DNA of 64,000 nt from Candidatus Sulfomarinibacteraceae bacterium (lineage in GTDB: Bacteria > Acidobacteriota > Thermoanaerobaculia > Thermoanaerobaculales > Sulfomarinibacteraceae), in NCBI GenBank assembly GCA_963796455.1, contig CAWCLO010000004.1, positions 768,001 through 832,000 on the forward strand. Reading direction: 5' to 3'. The position numbers and the translations under genes were made by a program. Of the stretch, positions 19,706-28,007 are shown one piece after another; positions within the stretch are counted from its first letter, which is position 1; every line of letters begins with the position of its first letter. A model generated the notes under the pieces. That model was not told the origin of the DNA and searched no databases. It worked only from the letters and a program-made list of their open reading frames with translations.

Positions 19706-21319
19706 CTAGTCATACATGCCATCCGCGAACCAGTCGCCGCTCGTGCGATCGCGGTAGACGCGGTACAGCCCACCGCCCGAAAGCTCCACATCCCAGTAAT
19801 CCCGCTCGATGGGCTCGTGCTTCCACCACCCGTCCTCGACGGTCCAGGGCCCTGCCGATACCCGCACGAGACCTTGAATTCTCGGTGTCGCTGCGGACTC
19901 GGAAGCAACTGAAACAAGCCGAATCGAAGCGAACAGGTTTGAGTTTTGAGTTATGAGTTTTGAGTTGTTCTCCGAGACTCTATCCGGCTGCGATGGTTGA
20001 AATTCCGAACTCCGAACTCCGAACTCCGAACTCACTTCCGTGATCACCTCGATCGGCACCGCCGGCCGCAGAACCCGCACCACCAGTAAACCTCTCCCTT
20101 TGCGCGGCGGTTGCCGCAGCTTCGGCGCCGGTGGTGGGTCGAATGCGACGGTGTTGAAACGCTCGGGCAGGTGGCCGTCGACGATCCGCGGCGAACCCAC
20201 CCGATCCGAACCAAGGCGGGCTGCGAGGTGGGCGAGGGTGCCGGCAAGCTTGTCGGGGTGGATTTCCGGCGCCCCGAAGAGGGTCAGCTGGCCGCGGCGC
20301 GGTCGATCGGGGTGGGTGATGGTGATGAAGGAGACCACCGCCGCCCGCGGTGGCTTCGATTCGAGCTCGAGACGGGTCAGGGCCAACAGGGCATCCACAT
20401 CGCGGGTCGGAGCGGGGAGCCGGATCGTACGGTGCTCCGCGCCCTCGGGTTCGAGCCCGAGCTCGATCTCGAACAAAGCACAGGCCAGGTCTTCGCGTTC
20501 GAGCCTTTTGCGGGTTCGCTCCAGGGACTGCCGCAGGGCGTAGAGCAGGGGGTCGACGGTGACCACCGGCCACTCCAGCTCCATGCCCTCGTGGAAGGTC
20601 GGTGGCGGGTGGTAGGGCTCCAGGGGGTTGGAGTCCATGCCGCGAGCCGAACGGTGTGCGTTGGCGCCGGCCGGGCCGAGGCGGCTGGCCGTGCGGTCCG
20701 CCGGCAAGCGGGCAAAGTCCCCGAGGGTACGGACGCCCCAGCGTCGCAGCGTGTCCATCAGACGCCGGTCGAGCATCAGATAAGTGAGGGGCAGGGGAGC
20801 GAGGAAGCGGGATTCCTCGCCGGCCGGCACGACCTTCGGCGTGTCGGGCATGCGGGCCGCGATCCGCGCGGCGAGTTTGTTGTTGGCGATACCGACCCGG
20901 ATCGGCAGGTCGAGGGTCTCGGCGGCGATGATGGCGGCCTGCCCCATGTCATGCTCACCCGAGGAACCTTCGTACAGTTTTTCCATGCCGCCGACATCGC
21001 TGAAGACGGTATCCGGGGCGCTGTCTTCGATCCGCGGTGAAAGGCTGGTGGCGGACTCGAGCAGGGCCTCGTGGGCCGAGCCCTCGCAGGCCTCATCGCG
21101 GCCGCGGGCGATCAACGAGGGCAGGATGCCGCGCGCCTGGGCGAGGCTCATGCCTGTGCGCACTCCGGATTTTCTTGCCGGGCGGGAGGCACCGGCCACC
21201 TTGGCGGCCGAACCGTTGCCCTCGCAGACCGCCACGGCTTCACCCGCCAACTCGGGCTCCGCGCGGAGTCGTGCCGCGAGCGGGAAGAGGGGGATGAAGA
21301 GGCATGCGATTCGGGTCAT
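19706..21319 (-). CDS. imuB: ImuB, inactive Y-family polymerase of the mutasome
   Basis: MTRIACLF start, GVRTGMSLAQAR, clamp-binding QLTLF, GPWTVEDGWW..RDYW..WFADGMYD; lies between imuA and dnaE2. Confidence 0.92.
   Translation of the reverse strand: MTRIACLFIPLFPLAARLRAEPELAGEAVAVCEGNGSAAKVAGASRPARKSGVRTGMSLAQARGILPSLIARGRDEACEGSAHEALLESATSLSPRIEDSAPDTVFSDVGGMEKLYEGSSGEHDMGQAAIIAAETLDLPIRVGIANNKLAARIAARMPDTPKVVPAGEESRFLAPLPLTYLMLDRRLMDTLRRWGVRTLGDFARLPADRTASRLGPAGANAHRSARGMDSNPLEPYHPPPTFHEGMELEWPVVTVDPLLYALRQSLERTRKRLEREDLACALFEIELGLEPEGAEHRTIRLPAPTRDVDALLALTRLELESKPPRAAVVSFITITHPDRPRRGQLTLFGAPEIHPDKLAGTLAHLAARLGSDRVGSPRIVDGHLPERFNTVAFDPPPAPKLRQPPRKGRGLLVVRVLRPAVPIEVITEVSSEFGVRSSEFQPSQPDRVSENNSKLITQNSNLFASIRLVSVASESAATPRIQGLVRVSAGPWTVEDGWWKHEPIERDYWDVELSGGGLYRVYRDRTSGDWFADGMYD
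19937..20034. repeat. Paired heptamer arrays forming an in-frame hairpin insertion in imuB
   Basis: (TTGAGTT)-type x4 and (CCGAACT) x4, mutually inverted; translated as SEFGVRSSEF..NSKLITQNSN. Confidence 0.85.
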
Positions 21320-21328
21320 GGACAGGAG

Positions 21329-21386
21329 GAGTTCGGAATTCGGAGTTCGGAATTCGGAATTCGGAGTTCGGAATTCGGAATTTCCG
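21329..21386. repeat. Heptamer tandem array (GARTTCG)x7-8 immediately upstream of the imuB start
   Basis: gagttcg gaattcg gagttcg gaattcg gaattcg gagttcg gaattcg gaatttc. Confidence 0.9.
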
Positions 21387-21400
21387 ACCGTCCGTCCGGA

Positions 21401-22162
21401 AAACCACAGAGGCACAGAGACGCAGAGAGAGAACACAGAGATGCAAGAGCGGAAGAACGCCCGCAGATCACGCAGATCGACGCAGATCCATCGCAAACGG
21501 TCTCGCCGCAACCACCAAGACACAAAGGCACGAAGGAGTCACACCAAGAAAACCACAGAGGCACGGAGACACAGAGAGGGAACACAGAAGCCATCGCAAA
21601 GGCACGACCGGAGTGCAGCCGGGACGGCTGCACCACCATGGTGGTGCACGCGTCTCGCGTGCACATGGTTGAACCGCAAAGAACGCAAAGTCGCAGAGAC
21701 GCAAAGGCCTGGTTGGCGAGCTTGTACGGGGTTGCCATCAGTGTCGGCAGATCGACAGACGATCTCTGATCGTCCGTCGCCGGTGAGAAGCGGGGTGACT
21801 CCAATCGCCAGCGCTCGGAGTCACCCCGCTTCCCACCGGCCGGCACGCCTCCGGCATGCCGGTTCTGCCTTGCATCGGGGGCCCCATCCTCGATTGAAGG
21901 AAAGGGGAGAAAGGAGGCGAGACCTGCGCGGTCGCGCAGGCCGCTGGGTAAGGAAACCACCCCGAAAACAAGCTTTCGTTGCGGTTTCCTTACCCAGCGG
22001 TACCTGGCCGCCGGATGGCGGCCAGGACCTCGCCGGGCGGTGAGTTCTTTCGGGAAGTCCTCTGTGTCTCTCTGCGTGATCTGCGGGTCCGGCTTCGTCG
22101 CTCCGCGGCTACGCCGTGACAAGCACCTTGGTGGCGGCTTCGTGTCTTGGTGTCTTGGTGGC
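21401..22162. repeat. Nested palindromic composite element, copy B (imuA-imuB intergenic)
   Basis: Core GTGCAGCCGGGACGGCTGCACCACCATGGTGGTGCACGCGTCTCGCGTGCAC at 21613 is identical to 18927 and 23506. Confidence 0.9.
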
Positions 22163-22174
22163 AAAAACATCCGC

Positions 22175-22285
22175 TCACACGCAGAAGGCGAGCATCAAAA
22201 AACAAAACCCGAAGAGCAGCAATCCGCAGGCCTGGCCAGCGAGTTCGAAGAAACCACGAACGCTCATTTCAGATGTTTGCGACAT
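22175..22285 (-). CDS. Putative 36-aa hydrophobic small protein overlapping the imuA 3' end
   Basis: AAGGAG RBS upstream of ATG 22285; MSQTSEMSVRGFFELAGQACGLLLFGFCFLMLAFCV. Confidence 0.4.
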   Translation of the reverse strand: MSQTSEMSVRGFFELAGQACGLLLFGFCFLMLAFCV

Positions 22286-23156
22286 GTCTTTCTCTCCTTT
22301 TTTCCTCGGCTCCGGATCGTTCCGTCTCCCCGGGACGGGTGGGCGGCAAATCCGAAATTCGAAATTCGAAATCCGAAATCTGATCGTGTCCAGTACCGGC
22401 GGCCAAACCGAACCCCGCTTCAGGAAGGGTGAAGGTTGCAACAACGCTGCCGAGGTCCGGGTAGCCGATGCGTTTGTTCAGATAAAGGCGTGTCTGCAAC
22501 CCATTGAGCAGCCGGGAGGCCTTGCCGCCGCCGCTCCAGCTGCCGCGCCCGCGGCCGCCGGCAAGCACTGCACCGGCGGCACACCCGCTCGAACGGTAGG
22601 GCGAACCCACCAAGACGATCGCGCCGTGGGTCGCGGCGGTGCGGTTGAGCCGCAGCCAGGCCGCCAGCGGTGCCCGGCCGCGCACCGGCGGCAGACCGAG
22701 ATCGAGGGCGACCAGTGGAAAGCCGGTGTGGAGCAGGATCTCGGTGGTCGCCAGGGAGTCGTTGAGGTTCTCGGGGCGCAGCCACAGGAGCCGTTCGAGA
22801 TCGACCCCGATCTCCGCCGCTGTCTGCGGGTCGAGCTGTGCCCCCTGATCGACCAGCGCCGCGACCTCACCGGCACCGGTCACCGCCCGCAACGCCGACA
22901 ACAGGGCGGCGAAGCGGCCGCAGGACCCACGCCCTACCAGTTCCACGAGCCGGCCCCGGGGCAGACCGCCTCCGAGCAGGTGATCGAGGCCCTCCAATGA
23001 GGTGGGGAGGGGCTCGTCATGCAGTTCCTCGCGTCGTCGGCGGACCAGATCCGAGGCCAGGTGGAGGGAGTTGCGCAGTTCTTCCGGGAGCTCGAAATGC
23101 CCTGTCGACAGGGTTTCTGAGGCTTTTTTCTCGGATTTGAGCTGTGCGACGGCCAT
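22269..23156 (-). CDS. imuA: ImuA/RecA-like mutasome protein
   Basis: LDHLLGGGLPRGRLVELVG with degenerate Walker A (GRGSCGRF), GVDLERLLWLRP; RBS GGGAGG before ATG 23156. Confidence 0.88.
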   Translation of the reverse strand: MAVAQLKSEKKASETLSTGHFELPEELRNSLHLASDLVRRRREELHDEPLPTSLEGLDHLLGGGLPRGRLVELVGRGSCGRFAALLSALRAVTGAGEVAALVDQGAQLDPQTAAEIGVDLERLLWLRPENLNDSLATTEILLHTGFPLVALDLGLPPVRGRAPLAAWLRLNRTAATHGAIVLVGSPYRSSGCAAGAVLAGGRGRGSWSGGGKASRLLNGLQTRLYLNKRIGYPDLGSVVATFTLPEAGFGLAAGTGHDQISDFEFRISDLPPTRPGETERSGAEEKRRERHVANI

Positions 23157-23187
23157 CTCTTGCCTCCCGATTCGGGTCTGGTTTTTC

Positions 23188-23216
23188 AGTATAGGTGTAA
23201 ATAAGGTATAAATCAA
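23188..23216 (-). promoter_or_regulatory. sigma70-like promoter of imuA-imuB-dnaE2 overlapped by a direct-repeat operator
   Basis: TTGATT(23216-23211)-17-TATACT(23193-23188); AGGTGTAAAT/AGGTATAAAT direct repeat with 11-bp period. Confidence 0.65.
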
Positions 23217-23258
23217 CTCGAAATCTATTTCCACCCGGAAAACCACCGGTGACAACGG

Positions 23259-24286
23259 CGGAAGAACGCCCGCAGATCACGCAGATGAACGCAGATCCAT
23301 CGCGCTCGCTCTCGTCGCAAACACGAAGACACAAAGGCACGAAGGAGTCACACCAAGAAAACCACAGAGGCACGGAGACACAGAGAGAGGACGCCCGCAG
23401 ATCACGCAGATAGACGCAGATTCATCGCAAACGGTCTCGTCGCAACCACGATGGCCCACAGAACACACAGAAAAACACAGAAGCCATCGCAAAGGCACGA
23501 CCGGAGTGCAGCCGGGACGGCTGCACCACCATGGTGGTGCACGCGTCTCGCGTGCACATGGTTGAACCGCAAAGAACGCAAAGTCGCAGAGACGCAAAGG
23601 CCTGGTTGGCGAGCTTGTACGGGGTTGCCATCAGTGTCGGCAGATCGACAGACGATCTCTGATCGTCCGTCGCCGGTGAGAAGCGGGGTGACTCCAATCG
23701 CCAGCGCTCGGAGTCACCCCGCTTCCCACCGGCCGGCACGCCTCCGGCATGCCGAATCTGCCTTGCATCGGTGACATCCTCCATTGATTGAAGGAAAGGG
23801 GAGGAAGGAGGCGAGACCTGCGCGGTCGCGCAGGCCGCTGGGTCAGGAAACCGTGACGAGAGCTGGTTTTGGGGCGGTTTCCTGACCCAGCGGTACCTGG
23901 CCGCCCTTGGCGGCCAGGATCTCGCCGGGCGGAGGATTCTTCCGGGACGTCCTCTGCGTCTCCGCGACTCTGCGCCTCTGCGTTCAATATTCTTTTGGCA
24001 CTATCGATCCAGCAGTTCGGCTGCCATTGCGCCTTCGCATCTTGGCGCCTTTGCGTTGATGAACCCGGATGCTGATGCTCTTCGATTGCAGAATTGGTGA
24101 TGCCTTCGCAATCAGGCTTTCATCTGCGTCTATCTGCGTGATCTGCGGGCTATTCGCGCTGCGTTGCGATGGTTTCTGTGTTTTTCTGTGTGTTCTGTGG
24201 GTCCGGTTTCGTCGCTCCGCGGCTACGCCGTGACAAGCACCTTGGTGGCGGCTTTGTGTCTTGGTGTCTTGGTGGTTGCGACGAGA
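23259..24286. repeat. Nested palindromic composite element, copy C (between imuA promoter and blaI)
   Basis: Shares left arms and distal block with copy A, central block and right end with copy B. Confidence 0.9.
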
Positions 24287-24339
24287 TGATCTGCACTGTG
24301 TCGTCTCTGATCCCTCTGCCGAAAGGGTTTTCGACGGGC

Positions 24340-24375
24340 TTGACAAACGAAGATCATAGTACTAAGTTTTTAGTA
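24340..24375 (+). promoter_or_regulatory. blaI promoter with palindromic operator; probably a leaderless mRNA
   Basis: TTGACA(24340)-17-TAAGTT(24363); TACTAA-gttt-TTAGTA (24360-24375) overlaps the -10 and the ATG; ATG lies 6 nt after the -10. Confidence 0.65.
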
Positions 24376-24749
24376 TGAAGAAATCAGAAAGCAAGCTGAC
24401 CGACACCGAACTCGAGATCATGCAGGTGGTCTGGGCAATCGGTGGCGGCACCGTGCGCCACGTCCACGAATGCCTCAACCAACGCCGCCAGTTGGCGTAC
24501 ACCACGGTAATGACCATGATGAACATTCTCGAGGAGAAGGGGCATCTCACCCGCACCAAAGAGGGCCGCGCGTATCGTTACGAGCCCGTTCGTCCGAAGA
24601 GCCAGGTCATCTCGGGGATGGTGGATGATTTTGTCGGCAAGGTCTTCGAGGGATCGGTGCGGCCCCTCGTTCTCAGCCTGGTCAAAGACCGCAAATTGTC
24701 GGAAAAGGACCTCGAAGAGATCGCACGCATGATCCGGGAGATCGAATGA
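24375..24749 (+). CDS. BlaI/MecI/CopY family repressor
   Basis: LTDTELEIMQVVW..LAYTTVMTMMNILEEKG..FEGSVRPLVLSLV. Confidence 0.93.
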   Translation: MKKSESKLTDTELEIMQVVWAIGGGTVRHVHECLNQRRQLAYTTVMTMMNILEEKGHLTRTKEGRAYRYEPVRPKSQVISGMVDDFVGKVFEGSVRPLVLSLVKDRKLSEKDLEEIARMIREIE

Positions 24750-26086
24750 ACCTCCACGAAACCGCCACCGCCGTCCTTTCCTACGCGCTCCAGAGCGGCC
24801 TCCTCTTGGGGGTCGGCCTCCTGTTGCCGCGTCTCCTGAAGATCCGGCACCCAAGAACTCTGCTCACATATTGGCGAGCCCTCCTCGTAGTCGTGGTGCT
24901 GCTTCCCGTCCTCCTTGCCGGTTGGACGCCGCCAAAAACCCTGCCGTTGCTCCGACTCGAGGCCGCTTCGGTAGAAACGGTGACGGCGACCCTTCCACCC
25001 TCGGTGGCGGCCGTCAGCGGTCGCAATCTGCTGGTCGCAGCCGCGGTCGTCACACTCCTCGGACTGATCCGGCTTTTCGTGGGCCTCGTTTTTCTCAACC
25101 GTTGCCGGCGGGCGGCATCCCCGTTGACGCCGTTTCCGATGGTCCTGGGTGCGCTGCAGCGCCGCTTCAAGCTGGAGGTGCCGATCCTGGTGTCGGATCG
25201 ACTGACGGTGCCCTTCACCTTTGGATGGATCCGCCCGGTGGTGATGGTCCCGCCATCGTTCCATACGCTCTCGGTGGACGAACAGGAGGGAGTGGCTTGC
25301 CACGAACTGCTCCACATCCGGCGTCGCGACTGGGCGATGACGGTTCTCGAGGAGATCCTCCGAGCCGCACTGTGGTTTCATCCTGCGGTCTGGATCCTGC
25401 TGCCGAAGATCGCGCTCAGTAGAGAAATGGTGGTGGATGCGGGAACCGTCAGGATGACCGGAAAACGCCGCCAATACCTCGAGGCTCTGTGGCAGATCGT
25501 GTGTTCCCAGTCTCGTCCCACCGCAACCCTGGCTTTGCCCCTACTGGGCAGATCCAATGTCTTCGAACGTGTGCAATGGCTGAAGAAGGAGAGAACAATG
25601 TCCAAAGGCCGAGTCATTTTGTTCGCAGTTGTGATGGTCCTTGCCGTTGGCGGCGCAGGGGTCCTCGGTGCCGCCGTGTTTTCGCCGGTGGCCCATGACG
25701 CGATGGACGTGGCACCGATTGCGTCCTCCGATGAGCCGGAAAAAGAAAAACAGAAAGTAAAATCGAAGGCTGAGAAAAAGCAGCTGAGGCGCTTCGAATC
25801 GAGCGAAGAGTGCAATGAAATCACCCATCCGACGGTCGGCGAGAAGACTCCGCCAAAATATCCCGAATCGGCGCGGGCGGAAAAGGTCATGGGAATGGTC
25901 GTCGTCGAGACGGTGATCAGCGAAGAAGGGTCGGTCGAAGCGATCAAGATCCTGGAATCGCCGGATGACCGCCTGTCCGAGGCAGCCACGGAGGCGGTCC
26001 GGCAATGGCAATTCGAACCCGCCCTGTGCGATGGCCGACCGGTCGCCGTGTACTACAACCTCACCGTCAATTTCCGACTCAAATAA
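24746..26086 (+). CDS. BlaR1-type M56 peptidase fused to a TonB C-terminal domain
   Basis: PFTFGWIRP, HELLHIRRRD, WFHPAVW, REMVVD; C-terminal PKYPESAR..AVRQWQFEPA..VNFRL. Confidence 0.9.
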   Translation: MNLHETATAVLSYALQSGLLLGVGLLLPRLLKIRHPRTLLTYWRALLVVVVLLPVLLAGWTPPKTLPLLRLEAASVETVTATLPPSVAAVSGRNLLVAAAVVTLLGLIRLFVGLVFLNRCRRAASPLTPFPMVLGALQRRFKLEVPILVSDRLTVPFTFGWIRPVVMVPPSFHTLSVDEQEGVACHELLHIRRRDWAMTVLEEILRAALWFHPAVWILLPKIALSREMVVDAGTVRMTGKRRQYLEALWQIVCSQSRPTATLALPLLGRSNVFERVQWLKKERTMSKGRVILFAVVMVLAVGGAGVLGAAVFSPVAHDAMDVAPIASSDEPEKEKQKVKSKAEKKQLRRFESSEECNEITHPTVGEKTPPKYPESARAEKVMGMVVVETVISEEGSVEAIKILESPDDRLSEAATEAVRQWQFEPALCDGRPVAVYYNLTVNFRLK

Positions 26087-26114
26087 TCTTCGCGAAAACC
26101 TGGAATCGAGGCTG

Positions 26115-26139
26115 AGGGAGGCGTTCGCGCCTCCCTTTT
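26115..26139 (+). terminator. Intrinsic terminator
   Basis: AGGGAGGCG-ttcg-CGCCTCCCT then TTT. Confidence 0.7.
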
Positions 26140-26164
26140 CGTCGTCCGGCGACAGGGTGACGGA

Positions 26165-26200
26165 TGTTATAATTTACGTAGGTCTGTAACTTACGGACCT
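26165..26200 (+). promoter_or_regulatory. Extended -10 promoter with downstream palindromic operator
   Basis: TG-t-TATAAT (26165-26173); AGGTCTGTAA-c-TTACGGACCT (26180-26200). Confidence 0.5.
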
Positions 26201-26286
26201 TATGATCAGCTGGAATTGGATGTACGTCTCCGAGGGCTCGGGAGCCGGGGTTCGTGCGTTCGATTTCCTGTTATCGAGGTTATTCA

Positions 26287-27405
26287 GTGTCGATCAGTGG
26301 CAATCTGCGCACGATGCCCTTTGCGGACCTCCTGCAATGGGTATCGCAAAGCCGGAAAACGGGGACCCTCTCCGTCGAGGGTGAGCCGTACAACAAAAAG
26401 ATCTACTTCCGGGACGGCCTCGTGGCTGCCGCGTCATCCGAGAACCCAAAAGAGTTCCTCGGCTACTATCTCGTGGGCTGGAAGATTCTCGCCGAGGACG
26501 AGCTCCAGGAACTCCTCGACATGCAGGAGGGCCACGGAACCTTGCTCGGTGAGTTGCTGGTCATCATCGGCCGCCTCGACCGGGAAGATTTGCAGCTCAT
26601 TCTGCAGGTCAAGACCGAGGAGACGATCTACGAGCTTTTCACCTGGCAGGAGGGAGATTTCAGGTTTCTCGAGAACATCCTCCCTGCAAAGAAATTCCAA
26701 CCTCTGAATCTGCCGGTCGAGATGATCATCATGGAGGGCGTGCGCCGCAAGGACGAGTGGACCCGTTGTCGGGAAATCATCCCCGACGAGGGTTGGATTC
26801 CCCGCGTGCAGCGAGCCGTCGATGTTGAGCAGCTCGGCGAGATCGAGCTCAATATCCTGCGCGAGATTGATGGCGCCAACAGCATCGAGAGTATCGCGCT
26901 TTCCAACCGATTGGCGTTTTTTCACGTCATGATGTTTGTCTTTCAGGGCATGAACCACGATCTCTTTTCGATCCACCCGCCGGGCGCCGAGCTCACGCCG
27001 ATCCCGGGTTTTACAAAGGGCACCTGGATGACCCTCCTGCATCAGGTGGAAGAGATGATTGGCGAAGGAAATCTCCTGATGGCCTTTCATCGACTGGTGG
27101 AGATCCGTGACAAATATGCCGACAACAAGGATGTGCTGAAACAGGCAATCTCGGTCCAGGAAAAAATCTCCGATGCCGCCACCAAACTCCAGATGACCGA
27201 TACCGCTGTGCTCGAGCTGGCCATCCCGTCTTCTGAACTCACCAGTCTCAGCTGCAGCCCTCAGGAGGGGTTTCTCCTGTCACGAATCGACGGCGCATAC
27301 TCCCTTGGCGAGATTCTCAAAATGATCCCCGGATCGGAGCTCGAGAATAAACTGTTGGTCAACGCACTTGTGCAACGAGGTGTCGTTCGCCATTGTGAGG
27401 GCTGA
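26287..27405 (+). CDS. DUF4388 (PatA N-terminal-like) domain protein
   Basis: SISGNLRTMPFADLLQWVSQSRKTGTL..IYFRDG..LFTWQEGDFRF; start at GTG 26287 after GAGG (ORF from 26254). Confidence 0.85.
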   Translation: MSISGNLRTMPFADLLQWVSQSRKTGTLSVEGEPYNKKIYFRDGLVAAASSENPKEFLGYYLVGWKILAEDELQELLDMQEGHGTLLGELLVIIGRLDREDLQLILQVKTEETIYELFTWQEGDFRFLENILPAKKFQPLNLPVEMIIMEGVRRKDEWTRCREIIPDEGWIPRVQRAVDVEQLGEIELNILREIDGANSIESIALSNRLAFFHVMMFVFQGMNHDLFSIHPPGAELTPIPGFTKGTWMTLLHQVEEMIGEGNLLMAFHRLVEIRDKYADNKDVLKQAISVQEKISDAATKLQMTDTAVLELAIPSSELTSLSCSPQEGFLLSRIDGAYSLGEILKMIPGSELENKLLVNALVQRGVVRHCEG

Positions 27406-27451
27406 AATCAGAGCCTCTGGCATTGCAGAGAGCGCACCGGAAGGAGTGTGA

Positions 27452-27994
27452 ATGTCGATCTTCGATTTCCTGGGATTGAGTTCCAAAGCGGAGGCGTCAC
27501 CGTCGACTCAGGAGTCGTCGGCCGTCAACGACATCGTCGACCGTCTCCACCACCTCGACCCCGATCGAGCACGTTGGGTCGCCGCCTTTGCAATGGTGAT
27601 GGCACGGGCCGCCCGCGCCGATTTTGAAATAAGCGGCGACGAATTCCGGACCATGGAGACGATCCTGCAGGAGCACGGTGGGCTCGACGCCGAACAGAGC
27701 ACCCTGGCCGCCGAGATGGCGGCACATCGCAATCAGTTGTTGGGAGCCAGTGAGGACTATCTGGCGACCCGCGAGTTTCGCCGGCTTGCGGCGGAGGGTG
27801 ACAGCCAACGCCTGCTTCACTGCCTTTTTGCGGTCGGCGCTGCGGACGACAGGCTCTCCATCGTCGAAGAGGAAGAAATCCGCCAGGTGGCCAACGAGTT
27901 GGGGATCGACCACGCCGAGTTCAATGCCATTCGTGCGCGCTTCCGTGACAAGCGAGAGGTGCTCAAAGGGATGGGCCGAAAGACCGAGGGCTGA
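27452..27994 (+). CDS. TerB-family protein
   Basis: ARADFEISGDE and AADDRLSIVEEEEIRQVANELGI duplicated TerB motifs. Confidence 0.82.
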   Translation: MSIFDFLGLSSKAEASPSTQESSAVNDIVDRLHHLDPDRARWVAAFAMVMARAARADFEISGDEFRTMETILQEHGGLDAEQSTLAAEMAAHRNQLLGASEDYLATREFRRLAAEGDSQRLLHCLFAVGAADDRLSIVEEEEIRQVANELGIDHAEFNAIRARFRDKREVLKGMGRKTEG

Positions 27995-28007
27995 AAAACG
28001 ATTCGGC

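Noticed and set aside
21320..21523. 68-aa N-terminal extension of ImuB in the ORF track
   Set aside because: Derived from the heptamer array and element arms. The family-typical start is MTRIACL at 21319.
18703..24286. CRISPR array or group II intron interpretation of the repeats
   Set aside because: No regular repeat-spacer periodicity or cas genes. No recognisable GUGCG 5' end with domain V, and no reverse transcriptase.
18430..24346. Many ORFs within the repeat copies (NHRGTETQR, PQITQIDAD, AAGTAAPPWW peptides)
   Set aside because: Translations of periodic palindromic DNA. Frames and lengths are not conserved between copies and there are no RBSs.
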